Notes: generated by a model from the letters alone, not told the origin. DNA of 64,000 nt from Alphaproteobacteria bacterium (GCA_963422645.2 CAXXVO010000018.1:104700-168699); one strand, 5' to 3'; positions 24,139 to 35,062 are shown, counted from the stretch's first letter. A program made the numbers and translations.

Positions 24139-24184
24139 TTCCGGCACGCCAGACGCCGGCAGGCCCCTCTCAGTGTCCCGGCTC

Positions 24185-24565
24185 TCAGCCCTTGGGCCCC
24201 TCGTCGGGCTGCCAGGGCTCGTAGTCGCCGGTCGCGCGGTCGCGCTGGCCGCGGCCCAGGATGTGACCCGGCGGCCGGTAGGCGGCGGCGGTGCCGGTGA
24301 GATTGGGCAGGTGCGGCTTCTCCCAGGGCTGCGCCCTGAGCGGCGCCTCCGTCGGTGCCTCGTCGGTGCTGTGGTGCAGCCAGCGGTGCCACTCCGGCGG
24401 CACGCGGGACGCTTCCACCTCGCCTTCGTAGACGACCCAGCGCCGCTCGCGCTGGCCAGGCCCCGACCGCCCCCAGCGCTCGCGATAGTAGCGGTTGCCG
24501 GCTTCGTCCTCGCCCACCAGCGTGCCGCAGAGCAGGGTGTAGAGCCGCGTGCCAATCGTCGCCAT
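24185..24565 (-). CDS. NADH:ubiquinone oxidoreductase NDUFA12-family (17.2 kDa) protein
   Basis: VGEDEAGNRYY, RRWVVY, SRVPPEWHRWLH, WEKPHLPNLTGT, YEPWQP. Confidence 0.92.
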   Translation of the reverse strand: MATIGTRLYTLLCGTLVGEDEAGNRYYRERWGRSGPGQRERRWVVYEGEVEASRVPPEWHRWLHHSTDEAPTEAPLRAQPWEKPHLPNLTGTAAAYRPPGHILGRGQRDRATGDYEPWQPDEGPKG

Positions 24566-24659
24566 CGTTCCCGCCGGTGCCCCCGCACCCCTTTCAGCCC
24601 GATGCCGCTTATGCCACGCCCGCCCGCCACCCGTCCAGAGAGCGCGTCCACTGCCCACC

Positions 24660-24674
24660 TTTACAAATCTTTAC
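24660..24674 (-). promoter_or_regulatory. CpxR-like box (GTAAA-N5-GTAAA)
   Basis: + strand TTTAC-AAATC-TTTAC reads GTAAA-GATTT-GTAAA on the - strand; about 80 bp upstream of the Spy/CpxP-like gene. Confidence 0.6.
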
Positions 24675-24752
24675 CTCCCCGAAATCGGCGCGAAACCGGG
24701 GCTTCCCATAATCTCCACTGTCGAACCCATAAACCTGTCGAGAGGGAAAGCC

Positions 24753-25295
24753 GTGAGCGACGAACACCGCACCGACGACGATAACCGCGACGATAACGGC
24801 GACGACAACACCCCCCAAAAGACCACCCGCCGCAGGCCGCGCACCCGCTGGATCCTCATGGGCATCGCCGGCGCCCTCGTCCTGGTGATCGCCGGCACGA
24901 CCTGGAGCACGGTGGGTTTCACCAAACGAGGCGACGGCAAGTTTGGCTGGTTCGTGGAGAAAAAGATCGAACGCATGCTCGACAAGGTCGAGGCCAGCGA
25001 CGATCAGCGCGACAAGGTGCACGCCATCGTGAAGGCTGCCGTCGCCGACCTGCAGGAAGTCCACGATCTCAAGATTGAAATTCGGCAAGACCTGATGGCG
25101 GCGTTCTCCAAGGAGACCGTCGACCGGAACGAGCTCGAACTGCTGCGTCAGCGCAAGATGGAGACGGTCGATCGCATGAGCCAGCGCGCGCTCACCGCGC
25201 TCGCCGACGCGGCCGAGGTGCTGACGCCTGCGCAGCGCCAGGAGCTCGTGACGAAATGGAAGTCACACGGGCGACACCACCACCGGCACGACTAA
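24753..25295 (+). CDS. Spy/CpxP-family periplasmic chaperone-like protein with His-rich tail
   Basis: N-terminal hydrophobic segment, helical body, LTPAQR (LTxxQ) motif, C-terminal HGRHHHRHD. Confidence 0.8.
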   Translation: MSDEHRTDDDNRDDNGDDNTPQKTTRRRPRTRWILMGIAGALVLVIAGTTWSTVGFTKRGDGKFGWFVEKKIERMLDKVEASDDQRDKVHAIVKAAVADLQEVHDLKIEIRQDLMAAFSKETVDRNELELLRQRKMETVDRMSQRALTALADAAEVLTPAQRQELVTKWKSHGRHHHRHD

Positions 25296-25429
25296 GCCTC
25301 CCGCGTGCCGGCACCCGGGCGGGCCGGGGCCCCTTGCGTGCTCCCTGCGTCAGAGGGTTCCGCCCGCCCTTCTCCGTATAGGCGGCAATGGGCGTATAAG
25401 TGAGAGCACGTCGTCGCCTGGAGAACCGC

Positions 25430-27712
25430 ATGGTTTCCTTTCTTTCCCCCCTCGCCGTCTGGCTCGCTCTCGGCACTGCGGCCGTCGCGTTGTCCGCCTG
25501 CGCGCTCTTCACACCGTTGCCGGAGCAGAAGGATGTCACCGAGCGTCTGGCGGCATTCCCCACGCGGGGCCTCCCGCTCGACGGGCCTGTGACGATCCAC
25601 TGGAGCGAGCGGCACATCCCCTTCATCGAAGCGGGGAGCGACGGCGACGCGGCGTTCGCGCTCGGCCTGGTGCACGCTCACCTGCGGCTCGGCCAGATGG
25701 CGACGATGCGGATGATCGCGCGCGGGCGAGTGTCGGAGATGATCGGCCCCCTCGGCGTCGACATCGACCACGGCCTGCGCACCCTGGACTACGGCCGCGC
25801 CGCGCTGGAGATCGAGCGAACCATGGACGCTGACACCCGGCTCTGGGTCCAGCGCTTCGTGGACGGCATCAACCACTACCAGGACAGCGCCGCCGAGCTG
25901 CCGCACGACTTCGATGTTCTCGGCCTGGAGCCCGAGCCCTGGACGGTCGAGGACGTATTCGCCATGGGTCGTCTCGCCGGCACGGACGTCAACTGGCTGG
26001 TCTGGGCCGGCCTTCTCCCTCTGCACGCGCGGGACGGCTGGGACGATCTCTGGGCGCGCCTGATGGAAGGCGGCGCGGTCTCGGTCGCCGGTTCCGGCGG
26101 GGGCGGCCCGACTGCCCAGGCGCAGCAATGGCTCGGCGGGCTCTCCAAGTCCGGCAGCAACAGCCTCGCGGTGGCGGGCCATCGCACCGATACCGGTGGC
26201 GCGCTCATGGCCAACGACCCGCACCTGGGCATTCTCGTTCCCAACGTCTGGCTGATCGCCGGCGTGCGCTCGCCCTCCTATCACGCGGTGGGTCTGATGG
26301 CGCCGGGGCTGCCGATCTTCGCCATCGGCCGCAACCCGCAGATCGCCTGGGGGGGCACGAACATGCGCGCGGCCTCCAGCGATCTCTACGATGTGAGCGG
26401 TGTGCCGGCCTCGGAAATTGTCGAACGAAACGAGAGCATCGGCGTGCGCTGGTGGTTCGACAGCGATGTCACCGTCCGCGAGACGGAGTGGGGGCCGATC
26501 GTGAGCGACGTGCCGCTCCTCGCCGAGTACGACCTGCCGCCGCTCGCGCTGAAATGGACTGGCCACGGGGCGAGCGACGAAATCGGCGCCATGCTCGCGG
26601 TGAGCCGGGCACGCACCTTCGCCGAGTTCCGCGCGGCGTTCGACACCTTCTCCGTGCCGGGCCAGAACATGCTCTACGCGGACGCAAGCGGGAATATCGG
26701 GCAGGTCATGGCGGTCTGGCTTCCGAGCCGCAGCGGCACGCCCGCCGATATCGCCGTCGACACTGCCGCACACGACGCGTCATGGGGCTCATTACGAACC
26801 ACTGCAGATCTGCCCTACAGCTTCAACCCGGACTCGGGCTTTCTGGTCTCCGCCAACAACCGGCCGCCCGCGACCGACATCCCGGTGGGATTCTTCTTCT
26901 CGCGCGAAGATCGCGTGGACCGCATGGCCGCTCTCATCGAGGGCGAAACCGCGGTGGGCGTCGAGACCCTCAAGGCGCTGCAGCAGGACGTCTACATGGC
27001 GTCGTCGGTGACGCTGCGCGATCTCTTCATCGCCAGGCTCGACGCGCTAGGAATGACCGCCGCAGCCGATGCGGAGGGCACGAAGGCGATCGGCCGGCTG
27101 CGTGACTGGGATGGAGAATACCGCTCCGACTCGCGCGGTGCGGTGACCTTCGAGCAGTTCCGCCACGGCTTCACCACCAGCTTCTACGCCCTGCTCCACG
27201 GGGAGGACGACGGCGAGGCGTTCGCCTCGGTGGGCCAGCGCACGGCGCTGCTGGACAAGGACATCGCCGCCGCCAACGAAGAGACGCTGCGCGCCGCGCT
27301 CAAGGCCGGGCTCGACGCGGCCGTCGAAGGCCTGGAGTCGTTTGCAAACTGGGGCGAGATGCACCGACTCAGCCTCGCCCATCCTCTCTCCAACGTCCCG
27401 CTCATCGGCGGGCGCTACGAATTCGCCGAGGCCGGCGTCGGCGGCAGCTCGGACACGCTGATGAAGACCGCACACGAGCCTGCCGCCGAGCGTCACACCG
27501 TGAATTACGGGTCCAACGCGCGGCACATCTCCGACATGACGGACCCGGACGAGAACCATTTCGTCCTGCTCGGCGGGCAGGACGGCCGGTTCAACAGCAC
27601 GACCATCCTCGATCAGTGGGAGCTCTGGCGCCGCGGCGACTACGTTCGCGTGCCACTGACGCTCGACGGGGTCCGCAAGAGCTTTCCGCACGTGCTCTCG
27701 CTGGGGAACTGA
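25430..27712 (+). CDS. Penicillin acylase family Ntn-hydrolase, predicted lipoprotein
   Basis: Lipobox LSAC, GSNSLAV (beta-chain Ser nucleophile), ANDPHL, QNMLYAD, SANNRP. Confidence 0.9.
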   Translation: MVSFLSPLAVWLALGTAAVALSACALFTPLPEQKDVTERLAAFPTRGLPLDGPVTIHWSERHIPFIEAGSDGDAAFALGLVHAHLRLGQMATMRMIARGRVSEMIGPLGVDIDHGLRTLDYGRAALEIERTMDADTRLWVQRFVDGINHYQDSAAELPHDFDVLGLEPEPWTVEDVFAMGRLAGTDVNWLVWAGLLPLHARDGWDDLWARLMEGGAVSVAGSGGGGPTAQAQQWLGGLSKSGSNSLAVAGHRTDTGGALMANDPHLGILVPNVWLIAGVRSPSYHAVGLMAPGLPIFAIGRNPQIAWGGTNMRAASSDLYDVSGVPASEIVERNESIGVRWWFDSDVTVRETEWGPIVSDVPLLAEYDLPPLALKWTGHGASDEIGAMLAVSRARTFAEFRAAFDTFSVPGQNMLYADASGNIGQVMAVWLPSRSGTPADIAVDTAAHDASWGSLRTTADLPYSFNPDSGFLVSANNRPPATDIPVGFFFSREDRVDRMAALIEGETAVGVETLKALQQDVYMASSVTLRDLFIARLDALGMTAAADAEGTKAIGRLRDWDGEYRSDSRGAVTFEQFRHGFTTSFYALLHGEDDGEAFASVGQRTALLDKDIAAANEETLRAALKAGLDAAVEGLESFANWGEMHRLSLAHPLSNVPLIGGRYEFAEAGVGGSSDTLMKTAHEPAAERHTVNYGSNARHISDMTDPDENHFVLLGGQDGRFNSTTILDQWELWRRGDYVRVPLTLDGVRKSFPHVLSLGN

Positions 27713-27744
27713 CTCGGGGTGGCGGAGACGCCCGCAACGGGACC

Positions 27745-29295
27745 ATGTACGACGCGACCTGGATGCTGCGGCTCTATGCCCGGCGACGCCTGCGACAGCT
27801 TGAGGCGATGGAGCCGCAGCAGGCGCAACGCCGCGTGCTCGCGTCCCTCATCCGCCGCGGCCGTCGCACCAGTTTCGGGCGGGATCACGGGTTTTCGACC
27901 GCCTGGTCCCTCGACGATTACCGCGCGCGCGTGCCGCTGCGCGACTACGATGCGTTCTGGGAGGCCTATTGGCAGGCGCCCTTCCCGCGCCTCACCGACT
28001 GCACGTGGCCCGGCCTCATTCCCTGGTTCGCGGTGTCGTCGGGAACGGCGACGGGCACCACGAAATACATTCCCGTGAGCCGGGAGATGCGCCGCTCGAA
28101 CGTGCGCGCGGGCGCCGAGCTCCTGACCCACCATCTCGCCAACCGACCGCAGAGCCGCCTCTTCGCGGGCCGCGTCTTCATGCTCGGCGGCTCGACCGGC
28201 CTGGTGCGCGAGGCGCCGGGGGTCTTCAGCGGCGACCTGAGCGGCATCGCCGCGGCATCGATGCCCGGCTGGGCGCGGCTGCGCTACTTCCCGCCGCGCG
28301 ATCTCGAAGACATCGCCGATTGGCAGGTCAAGATCGGCCGCTTCGCCGAACGCTCCCTGGAGACGGCGATTTCGGCGATTGCCGGCACGCCGAGCTGGTT
28401 GCTGATCTTCTTCGAGCGTCTGGCCGAAGTCGCGCGCGCCCGGCGGGGCGGCGCGGCGTGCCGGATCGCCGACATCTATCCTGAGCTCGAGCTGCTGTCA
28501 CCCGGCGGCGTGGCCTGGGCGCCCTATCGCGACCGTTTCGCCGCCCTGCTCGAAGGCAGCCGCGCGGAGACGCGCGAGGTCTATCCGGCGAGCGAAGGCT
28601 TCTTCGCCGTCGCGGACGGTGACGACGGTGCGGGCATGCGGCTCCTGCTCGATACCGGGATCTTCTACGAGTTCATCCCGGTCGATCAGCTCGATAGCGC
28701 GCACCCCGACTGCCGCTGGATCGGCGACGTCGAGCCGGAGGTCAACTACGCGCTGGCGGTGACCACCTGCGCCGGCCTCTGGCGCTACCTCGTGGGCGAC
28801 ACGGTGACCCTGGTCGAGCGCGACCCGCCGCGCGTTCTCGTTAGCGGACGGACGAGCTACATGCTCTCTGCCTTCGGCGAGCACGTGATCGGCATCGAGG
28901 TCGAGCGCGCCGTGGCGGAGGCGGCACGCGCGATCGACGCGACCCTCAGCGATTTCGCCGCCGGCAGCGTGTTCCCGGACGAGACCGGCACGCGCGGCGG
29001 GCATCTCTACATCGTCGAACTGGGTGCGGAACGCGCTAGCGATGGCCTCGACGGCGCGCTGCAAGCGCGCTTCGCCGCCGAGCTCGACGCAACACTCTGC
29101 CACCTCAACGACGATTATGCCGCCCACCGTGCAGGCGGTTACGGGATGGACGCGGCGCGCGTGCGCTTTCTTCCCGCCGGCGGATTCGCGGCGTGGATGA
29201 AGAGCCGCGGCAAGCTCGGCGGGCAGAACAAGGTACCCCGCATCATCAACGACCGGGCACTCTTCGCCGCATTGCGCCGCTTCGCCGACGGGTAG
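27745..29295 (+). CDS. GH3-family acyl-adenylate-forming enzyme
   Basis: SSGTATGTTKYIP, GDLSGI, YPASEGF, GLWRYLVGDTV, GGQNKVPR. Confidence 0.88.
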   Translation: MYDATWMLRLYARRRLRQLEAMEPQQAQRRVLASLIRRGRRTSFGRDHGFSTAWSLDDYRARVPLRDYDAFWEAYWQAPFPRLTDCTWPGLIPWFAVSSGTATGTTKYIPVSREMRRSNVRAGAELLTHHLANRPQSRLFAGRVFMLGGSTGLVREAPGVFSGDLSGIAAASMPGWARLRYFPPRDLEDIADWQVKIGRFAERSLETAISAIAGTPSWLLIFFERLAEVARARRGGAACRIADIYPELELLSPGGVAWAPYRDRFAALLEGSRAETREVYPASEGFFAVADGDDGAGMRLLLDTGIFYEFIPVDQLDSAHPDCRWIGDVEPEVNYALAVTTCAGLWRYLVGDTVTLVERDPPRVLVSGRTSYMLSAFGEHVIGIEVERAVAEAARAIDATLSDFAAGSVFPDETGTRGGHLYIVELGAERASDGLDGALQARFAAELDATLCHLNDDYAAHRAGGYGMDAARVRFLPAGGFAAWMKSRGKLGGQNKVPRIINDRALFAALRRFADG

Positions 29296-29318
29296 GGCGA
29301 GGCAGGGAAGGGATCGGC

Positions 29319-29876
29319 ATGGCAATGAAGGTCTACGACGCCATCACCGGACGAGGCGACCGCACGGACCGCCCTGCGCCGGTGGCGAGAGCCGGCTATT
29401 CGGGTACACAGATTGCTTTGCACTGGATCATTGCTGCGCTGATCGTTGCGCAGGTTCTGCTGCACGAAGGCATGGAGGTCGCGTACGGCTTCGAGCAGGG
29501 CGGTCCGGCGCCGACGGACTCCGAGCAGCTTCTGGCCACCGTGCATATCGCATGCGGAATCGCCGTGTTCGTGCTGGCCTTGTTGCGGGTCGTCCTGCGC
29601 GTCCGGCGCGGCGCGCCGCCGCCGCCGCAAGAAGAGCATCGAATTCTCAGGCTGGTCGCCAAAGCCACCCACTTCGCTTTCTACGCCGTCATCCTTCTGA
29701 TGCCGCTCACGGGTGTGCTGGCCTGGTTCGGTTCCGTCGAGGAGGCCGCATCCGTACATGCCATCGGCCTGCCGGTGATCCTGGGCCTGGTGTTTCTGCA
29801 CATCGTGGGCGCCGTCTACCACCACTTCGTGCTGAAGACCGATGTCCTGCGTCGAATACTGCGCCCGGAACGGTAG
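29319..29876 (+). CDS. Cytochrome b561 family protein
   Basis: Four TM segments with heme His: LHWIIA, VHIACG, THFAFY...PLTG, LHIVGAVYHH. Confidence 0.88.
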   Translation: MAMKVYDAITGRGDRTDRPAPVARAGYSGTQIALHWIIAALIVAQVLLHEGMEVAYGFEQGGPAPTDSEQLLATVHIACGIAVFVLALLRVVLRVRRGAPPPPQEEHRILRLVAKATHFAFYAVILLMPLTGVLAWFGSVEEAASVHAIGLPVILGLVFLHIVGAVYHHFVLKTDVLRRILRPER

Positions 29877-29921
29877 AAAGGCGCTTCTGTCCGCAGGGCG
29901 CCGGGACTAAGAGGGGCCGCC

Positions 29922-30623
29922 ATGACCCACCTGCTGATGATCGAGGATGACCGCGCGCTCGCCGAGATGGTCGCGACCTATCTCGGCCGCGCCGGCCTGA
30001 CCCTCGAGCATCGGGAGAGCGCCGAGGCAGGTCTCGCGGCCGCCCTTCAAGGCGGCTACGACGCGGTAGTCCTGGACCTCATGCTGCCCGACGGCGACGG
30101 CCTCGAGCTCTGCCGGGCGATCCGCGCCCGCTCCGACGTACCGATCCTGATGCTGACGGCACGCGGCGAGGAGGCCGACCGCATCGTGGGCCTGGAAATC
30201 GGCGCCGACGATTACCTGCCCAAGCCCTTCAACCCGCGCGAGCTGCTGGCCCGCCTGCGTGCCATCCTGCGCCGCCGCGCCCCCGGCAGCCGGGCCGCTG
30301 CTGGCGAGACGCTGAGCTTCGGCCGGCTCGTCATCGACCGCGCGGCGCGGCGGGTCTTGGTCGATGGCGAGGAGCGCTCGCTGACCGGCCACCAGTTCGA
30401 CCTGCTCTGCGCGCTGGCCGAGAGCGCGGGCCGCGTGCTCAGCCGCGAGCAGCTCATGGACCGGGTCCGCGGCGAGTCGCTCGAGGCCTTCGACCGCAGC
30501 ATCGACGTCCATGTCTCTCGCATCAGGGCGGCGATCGAGGACGATCCCAAGCATCCGCGCCGCATCGTCACCTTGCGGGGCGCGGGCTACCTCTTCGTCC
30601 GCAGCCAGGACGACGACTCGTGA
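29922..30623 (+). CDS. OmpR/CpxR-family response regulator
   Basis: IEDD, LDLMLPDGDG, LTARG, GADDYLPKPF, winged helix DRSIDVHVSRIR. Confidence 0.95.
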   Translation: MTHLLMIEDDRALAEMVATYLGRAGLTLEHRESAEAGLAAALQGGYDAVVLDLMLPDGDGLELCRAIRARSDVPILMLTARGEEADRIVGLEIGADDYLPKPFNPRELLARLRAILRRRAPGSRAAAGETLSFGRLVIDRAARRVLVDGEERSLTGHQFDLLCALAESAGRVLSREQLMDRVRGESLEAFDRSIDVHVSRIRAAIEDDPKHPRRIVTLRGAGYLFVRSQDDDS

Positions 30624-31885
30624 GGCGGCGCCTCTTCCTGCAGATCTATCTGACGATGCTCGTCATTGTCGTGCTCTTCGTCGTACTCGTTATCGCCGGC
30701 TGGTGGCTCAGCCGCGACGACAGTTCGGGCTCGGAATTCCGCCAGGGTATCGGCGCGATGGTGGCGGAGGCACTGCCGCCGCCGGGCGCACCGCCGGCCG
30801 AGATCGACGCCGTGCTGGCCCGGCTGGACCCGCATGTGGAAGGCCGCATCAGCGTGTTCGGGCCGGAAGGCGACTTGCTTGCGAGCCTGGGCCCGCCCCT
30901 GCCCTTGCCCGAAAAGAGCGCCGGCGGATGGCGCGGCGGACGCGGGCATGGCTTTGGTATGCCGCTGCCCGACGGGCGCTACGTGCTCTTCCGCGCCGAT
31001 CGCGACCGGTCCGGCACGCGCACCATCGGCTTTCTTGCTGCCCTCGCCCTGCTCGCGCTCGTGGTCGCTGTCGGCGCCTGGCCTCTCTCCCGCCGCCTCG
31101 TGCGCCGGCTGGAGCGGCTGCAGGGCCGAGTCGAGGCGCTCGGTGCGGGCGACCTCGCCGCCCGAGTCGATGTCGAGGGCAAGGACGAGATCGCGGCACT
31201 GGCCCGCAGCTTCAACCGGGCGGCGGAGCGCATCCAGGCGCTGGTCGCGGCCCAGCGCGATACGCTCGCCGCGGCATCCCACGAGCTGCGCTCGCCGCTC
31301 GCCCGCATCCGCATGGCCGTCGAGCTCCTGGCGGAGAGCGGCAATCCGACGCTGCACCAACGGGTCGAGCGCGACATCGAGAACCTGGACGAGCTGATCG
31401 AGGAGATTCTGCTGGCGAGCCGCCTCAGCACCCTGGAGCGGCCCACGCATCTGGAGCGAATCGACCTGCAGGCGCTCTGCGCCGAGGAGGCCGCCCGCGC
31501 AGGTGCCCAGTTCACCGGCGGGCCTGCGACGGTGGCGGGCGAAGACCGGCTGCTCGCACGCCTGATCCGCAACCTGCTCGAGAACGCCGCGCACCACGCC
31601 CCCGGTAGCGCCATCCAGGTCGAGCTGGAGGTACAGAACGACCGGGCCCTGCTCCGCGTGCTCGACCGCGGGCCCGGTGTGCCGGAAGCGGAGCGCGAGC
31701 GAATCTTCGAGCCCTTCTATCGCCGCGAAGGCAGGCGAGAGGATCGGGACGACGACCGCGGAGTCGGGCTCGGGCTCAGCCTGGTGCGCCAGATCGCGCG
31801 CCGTCACGGCGGCGATGCGGTCTGCCTGCCGCGCGAGGGCGGCGGCGCCTGCTTCCAGGTCAGCGTGCCGCTTCGGGGGGACTAG
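30620..31885 (+). CDS. HAMP-containing sensor histidine kinase
   Basis: Two TM segments, HAMP, SHELRSPL H-box, NLLENA, DRGPG, GLGLSLV; GTGA overlap with the regulator. Confidence 0.95.
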   Translation: MRRRLFLQIYLTMLVIVVLFVVLVIAGWWLSRDDSSGSEFRQGIGAMVAEALPPPGAPPAEIDAVLARLDPHVEGRISVFGPEGDLLASLGPPLPLPEKSAGGWRGGRGHGFGMPLPDGRYVLFRADRDRSGTRTIGFLAALALLALVVAVGAWPLSRRLVRRLERLQGRVEALGAGDLAARVDVEGKDEIAALARSFNRAAERIQALVAAQRDTLAAASHELRSPLARIRMAVELLAESGNPTLHQRVERDIENLDELIEEILLASRLSTLERPTHLERIDLQALCAEEAARAGAQFTGGPATVAGEDRLLARLIRNLLENAAHHAPGSAIQVELEVQNDRALLRVLDRGPGVPEAERERIFEPFYRREGRREDRDDDRGVGLGLSLVRQIARRHGGDAVCLPREGGGACFQVSVPLRGD

Positions 31886-31917
31886 GCGGCCGCGTCGCGC
31901 TCTGTGTCACTGTAGGG

Positions 31918-32035
31918 GGACGAAAGTCATTGCGAATCCGGAAGATGCCGGGAAGAAGGCGGAAGATGGCGGACGGTCAAGGGGTTGGCGGCGTTTCCGG
32001 GGTCTGGCGGGCCGGACGAAAGTCTTTGCGAATCC
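31918..32035 (+). repeat. Left-end transposase-binding-like repeats
   Basis: GGACGAAAGTC(A/T)TTGCGAATCC at 31918-31939 and 32014-32035. Confidence 0.8.
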
Positions 32036-32726
32036 GGCCCGGAAAGGGCCGTGAATTGGCTGGAAACGGTGATTTTCGGGGCGTTTCAGGGGTGCTGAAA
32101 GGCCTGTATGTTGTTAAGCGTGGAAAAGTGACCCCCTATTGGGGGTGATCGGCGTCCAAAATTGACCCCCTTGGATTTGTGTCCATGAACACACCTCGTC
32201 GTTTGGACGGACGGGGTGGTGGGGGAGATGCTGGTTGTGGAAACGATCGCGAAGATCCGTCGGGATCATCTGGTGAAGGGCGTTCCGATCAAGAAGCTCG
32301 CCCGGGATTTGAGGGTTTCCAAGAACACGATACGCAAGGTGGTGCGGGGCGATGCGACCTCGCACAGCTACGAGCGCAAGATCCAGCCGATGCCGAAGCT
32401 TGGGCTGTGGGTGGAGGAGCTTGAGCGCCAGCTGAAGGCCAACGAGAAGAAGGCACGCAAGGATCGGCTGTCTCTTCTGCGGATTCATGAAGACCTTGTG
32501 TCGCTGGGCTACAAGGGCGGCTATGACGCGGTTCGCCGCTATGCCAGGGCCTGGCGGCGCCGGTGGCGGCTGTTGTCGCCGGCGCAGGCCTATGTGCCGC
32601 TGATCTTCGATCCCGGCGAGGCCTACCAGTTCGACTGGAGCCACGAGTACGCGCGTCTGTCGGGCGCGACGACCAGGGTGAAGGCGGCGCACATGCGGCT
32701 GTGCCACAGCCGGATGTATCTGGTCC

Positions 32727-34051
32727 CACTAGTGTCCCATTAAAACTACAATAGAATCAGTTGCTTATCTTCGCGGCTCTGGCCCACCGGGAGTGCCTTA
32801 TGCGTAAGTAGCGCATTGAGCGGGATTTTTTCGAACAGGGTGAGGCTCAGGGTCTGTAGAATTGTGTAGAGGCTGGCATCGAGTCTCAACCTCTTCTTGA
32901 TGATGGCAATCAGGACGTAGACGGAGACTGCGATCCAGATTTGGGTCTTTACGGCATTTTCGGAGGTGCCGAAGAAGGCCTTGATGCGGAGGTTTTGCTT
33001 GATCCATTTGAAGAAGAGTTCGACCTGCCAGCGATAGCGGTAGAGCTCTGCGACGGTGAGGGGCGGAACAGCGAAGTTGTTGGTCAGGAAGTTGAAGGTC
33101 TTGTTGGTTTCAGTATCCTTGTAGCCGACCCTGCGGAGCGGCTTTGGGTAGCGGCTTTTGCTCGCCTTTCCGGTCAGGACGATGGTTTGATCGCAACGCA
33201 GTCCGGCGTCTTTGTCGACGGTACGGGAGTATTGGCGCCGGTATTTCGTGTTGGCCTTTGCGCGGATGACGAAGAAGCTTCCCGCCATATCCAGGGCGTT
33301 GAGGCGCTTGAAGTCGAGGTAGGCGCGATCCATGATGTAGAAGGCGCCGGGCTCCGGAATGATGATGTCCAGGACATTCACATCGCCGAGCTTGCCGTCG
33401 GAGATGTGAATGAAGGCCGGGATACTGCCCTGCAAGTCAAGGAGAGTGTGAAGCTTGACGGCCGACTTGGTTGAGCGGAACAGAGCCCAGGGGAAGACCG
33501 ACAGGCACAGATCGATGGTCGACGCGTCGAGAGCGTACACGGTATTGTCGAGTTGAAGACCGAGGTCCTCGCCGGCATAGAGTGGGCGTGCGATGTCGAT
33601 CAGTTCCTGGGCGAACTCGGCATAGATGCGCCAGTCGCGTTGCGCGTTGGCGTTCGCTAAAGTGTTGCGCGAGACCGGTCCCCGAATTCCCATGTGATAA
33701 AGCTTGTTATTCTGGGCACGCAGACAAATCTCGATGTCGCGCAGGCTTTCTCGATAGGACAATTGTGCGAAGGCCATGCAGAAAAACTGGCTCAGGCATG
33801 AGAACGATTTGACGTACCGATTACCATCGTATTGTTCGACGCATTTGCGGAACGAATGCAGGGGCAGATGGTCCATCACCTGCGAGAAGACAAGTTGTCC
33901 CGTGGACATGACCGGGCTCCCTCTGGATCGGAGAACCCAGCCTCGGCACTCGCGCCGGCCACTTCAAGTCGGTAACAGCGCGAAATGGCGCTTAATCGCG
34001 CTTTGTCAATAACTTAACAAGGGTCTCTCCAATTTTCTTGGGACACTAGTG
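32727..34051 (-). mobile_element. IS4-family insertion sequence
   Basis: Inverted repeats CACTAGTGTCCCA; 9-bp TSD ATCTGGTCC (32718-32726 and 34052-34060); lower GC than the host. Confidence 0.95.
32746..33909 (-). CDS. IS4-family transposase (DUF4372-type N-terminus)
   Basis: 387 aa; ALDASTI, MDRAY, YRYRWQVELFFKWIKQ (YREK motif). Confidence 0.95.
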   Translation of the reverse strand: MSTGQLVFSQVMDHLPLHSFRKCVEQYDGNRYVKSFSCLSQFFCMAFAQLSYRESLRDIEICLRAQNNKLYHMGIRGPVSRNTLANANAQRDWRIYAEFAQELIDIARPLYAGEDLGLQLDNTVYALDASTIDLCLSVFPWALFRSTKSAVKLHTLLDLQGSIPAFIHISDGKLGDVNVLDIIIPEPGAFYIMDRAYLDFKRLNALDMAGSFFVIRAKANTKYRRQYSRTVDKDAGLRCDQTIVLTGKASKSRYPKPLRRVGYKDTETNKTFNFLTNNFAVPPLTVAELYRYRWQVELFFKWIKQNLRIKAFFGTSENAVKTQIWIAVSVYVLIAIIKKRLRLDASLYTILQTLSLTLFEKIPLNALLTHKALPVGQSREDKQLILL

Positions 34052-35062
34052 ATCTGGTCCAGATCTTTCCCCGCGAGAGCCAGGAGATGGTCTTCGAGGC
34101 GCACGAGCGTGCCTTCCGCTTCTTCGGCGGGGTCTGCCGGCGGGGCATCTACGACAACATGAAGACGGCGGTGAGCACGATCTTCGTGGGCAAGAAGCGG
34201 GACTACAACCGCCGCTTCCAGGAGCTGTGCTCGCACCATCTGGTGGAGCCTGTGGCGTGCACGCCAGGGGCTGGCTGGGAGAAGGGGCAGGTCGAGAAGC
34301 AGGTGGGTGACCTTCGCGGCCGCCTGTTCGTGCCCATCCCGCGGGGCCGCTCCTACGCCGAGATCAACGAGTGGCTGATGGATCGGTGCATCGAGGACGC
34401 CAAGAAGCATCCGCATCCGACAATCCCGGGCAAGACGGTGTGGCAGGTGTTCGAGGAGGAGCAGCCCTTCCTGATGGCGTATCGCGGCCCCTTCGACGGC
34501 TTCCATGCCAGCGAGGTGTCGGTCTCGAAGACCTGTCTGGTGCGCTTCGACAACAACCAGTACAGCGTCGCGGCCCGCGCCGTCGGCCGGCCGGTGGACG
34601 TGCGGGCCTATGCCGATCGGATCGTCATCCGCCAGGACGGCGAGACCGTTGCCGAGCACCCCCGCAGCTTCGGGCGCGGCCGGTTCGTCTACGATCCGTG
34701 GCATTACGTGCCGATCCTGACGCGGAAGCCCGGCGCGCTACGCAATGGCGCGCCCTTCAAGGACTGGCAGTTGCCCAACGCGCTCGGCCGCCTGCGAACC
34801 CGGCTCGCGGGCCACGACGACGGCGACCGGCAGTTCGTCAAGGTGCTCGCGGCGGTGCTGGAGGACGGACTGGAGGCGGTTGAGGCGGCCTGTGCCGAGA
34901 CGCTCGACTGCGGTGCCTGCAGCGCCGACGTGGTGCTCAACATCCTCGCCCGGCAGCGCCAGCCGGCACCGCCGGCAATCATCCCGACGCCCGAGGGCCT
35001 GCAGCTTCGCCACAAGCCGGTAGCCGACTGTCAGCGCTACGACAGCCTGAGGGAGGCCGGTC

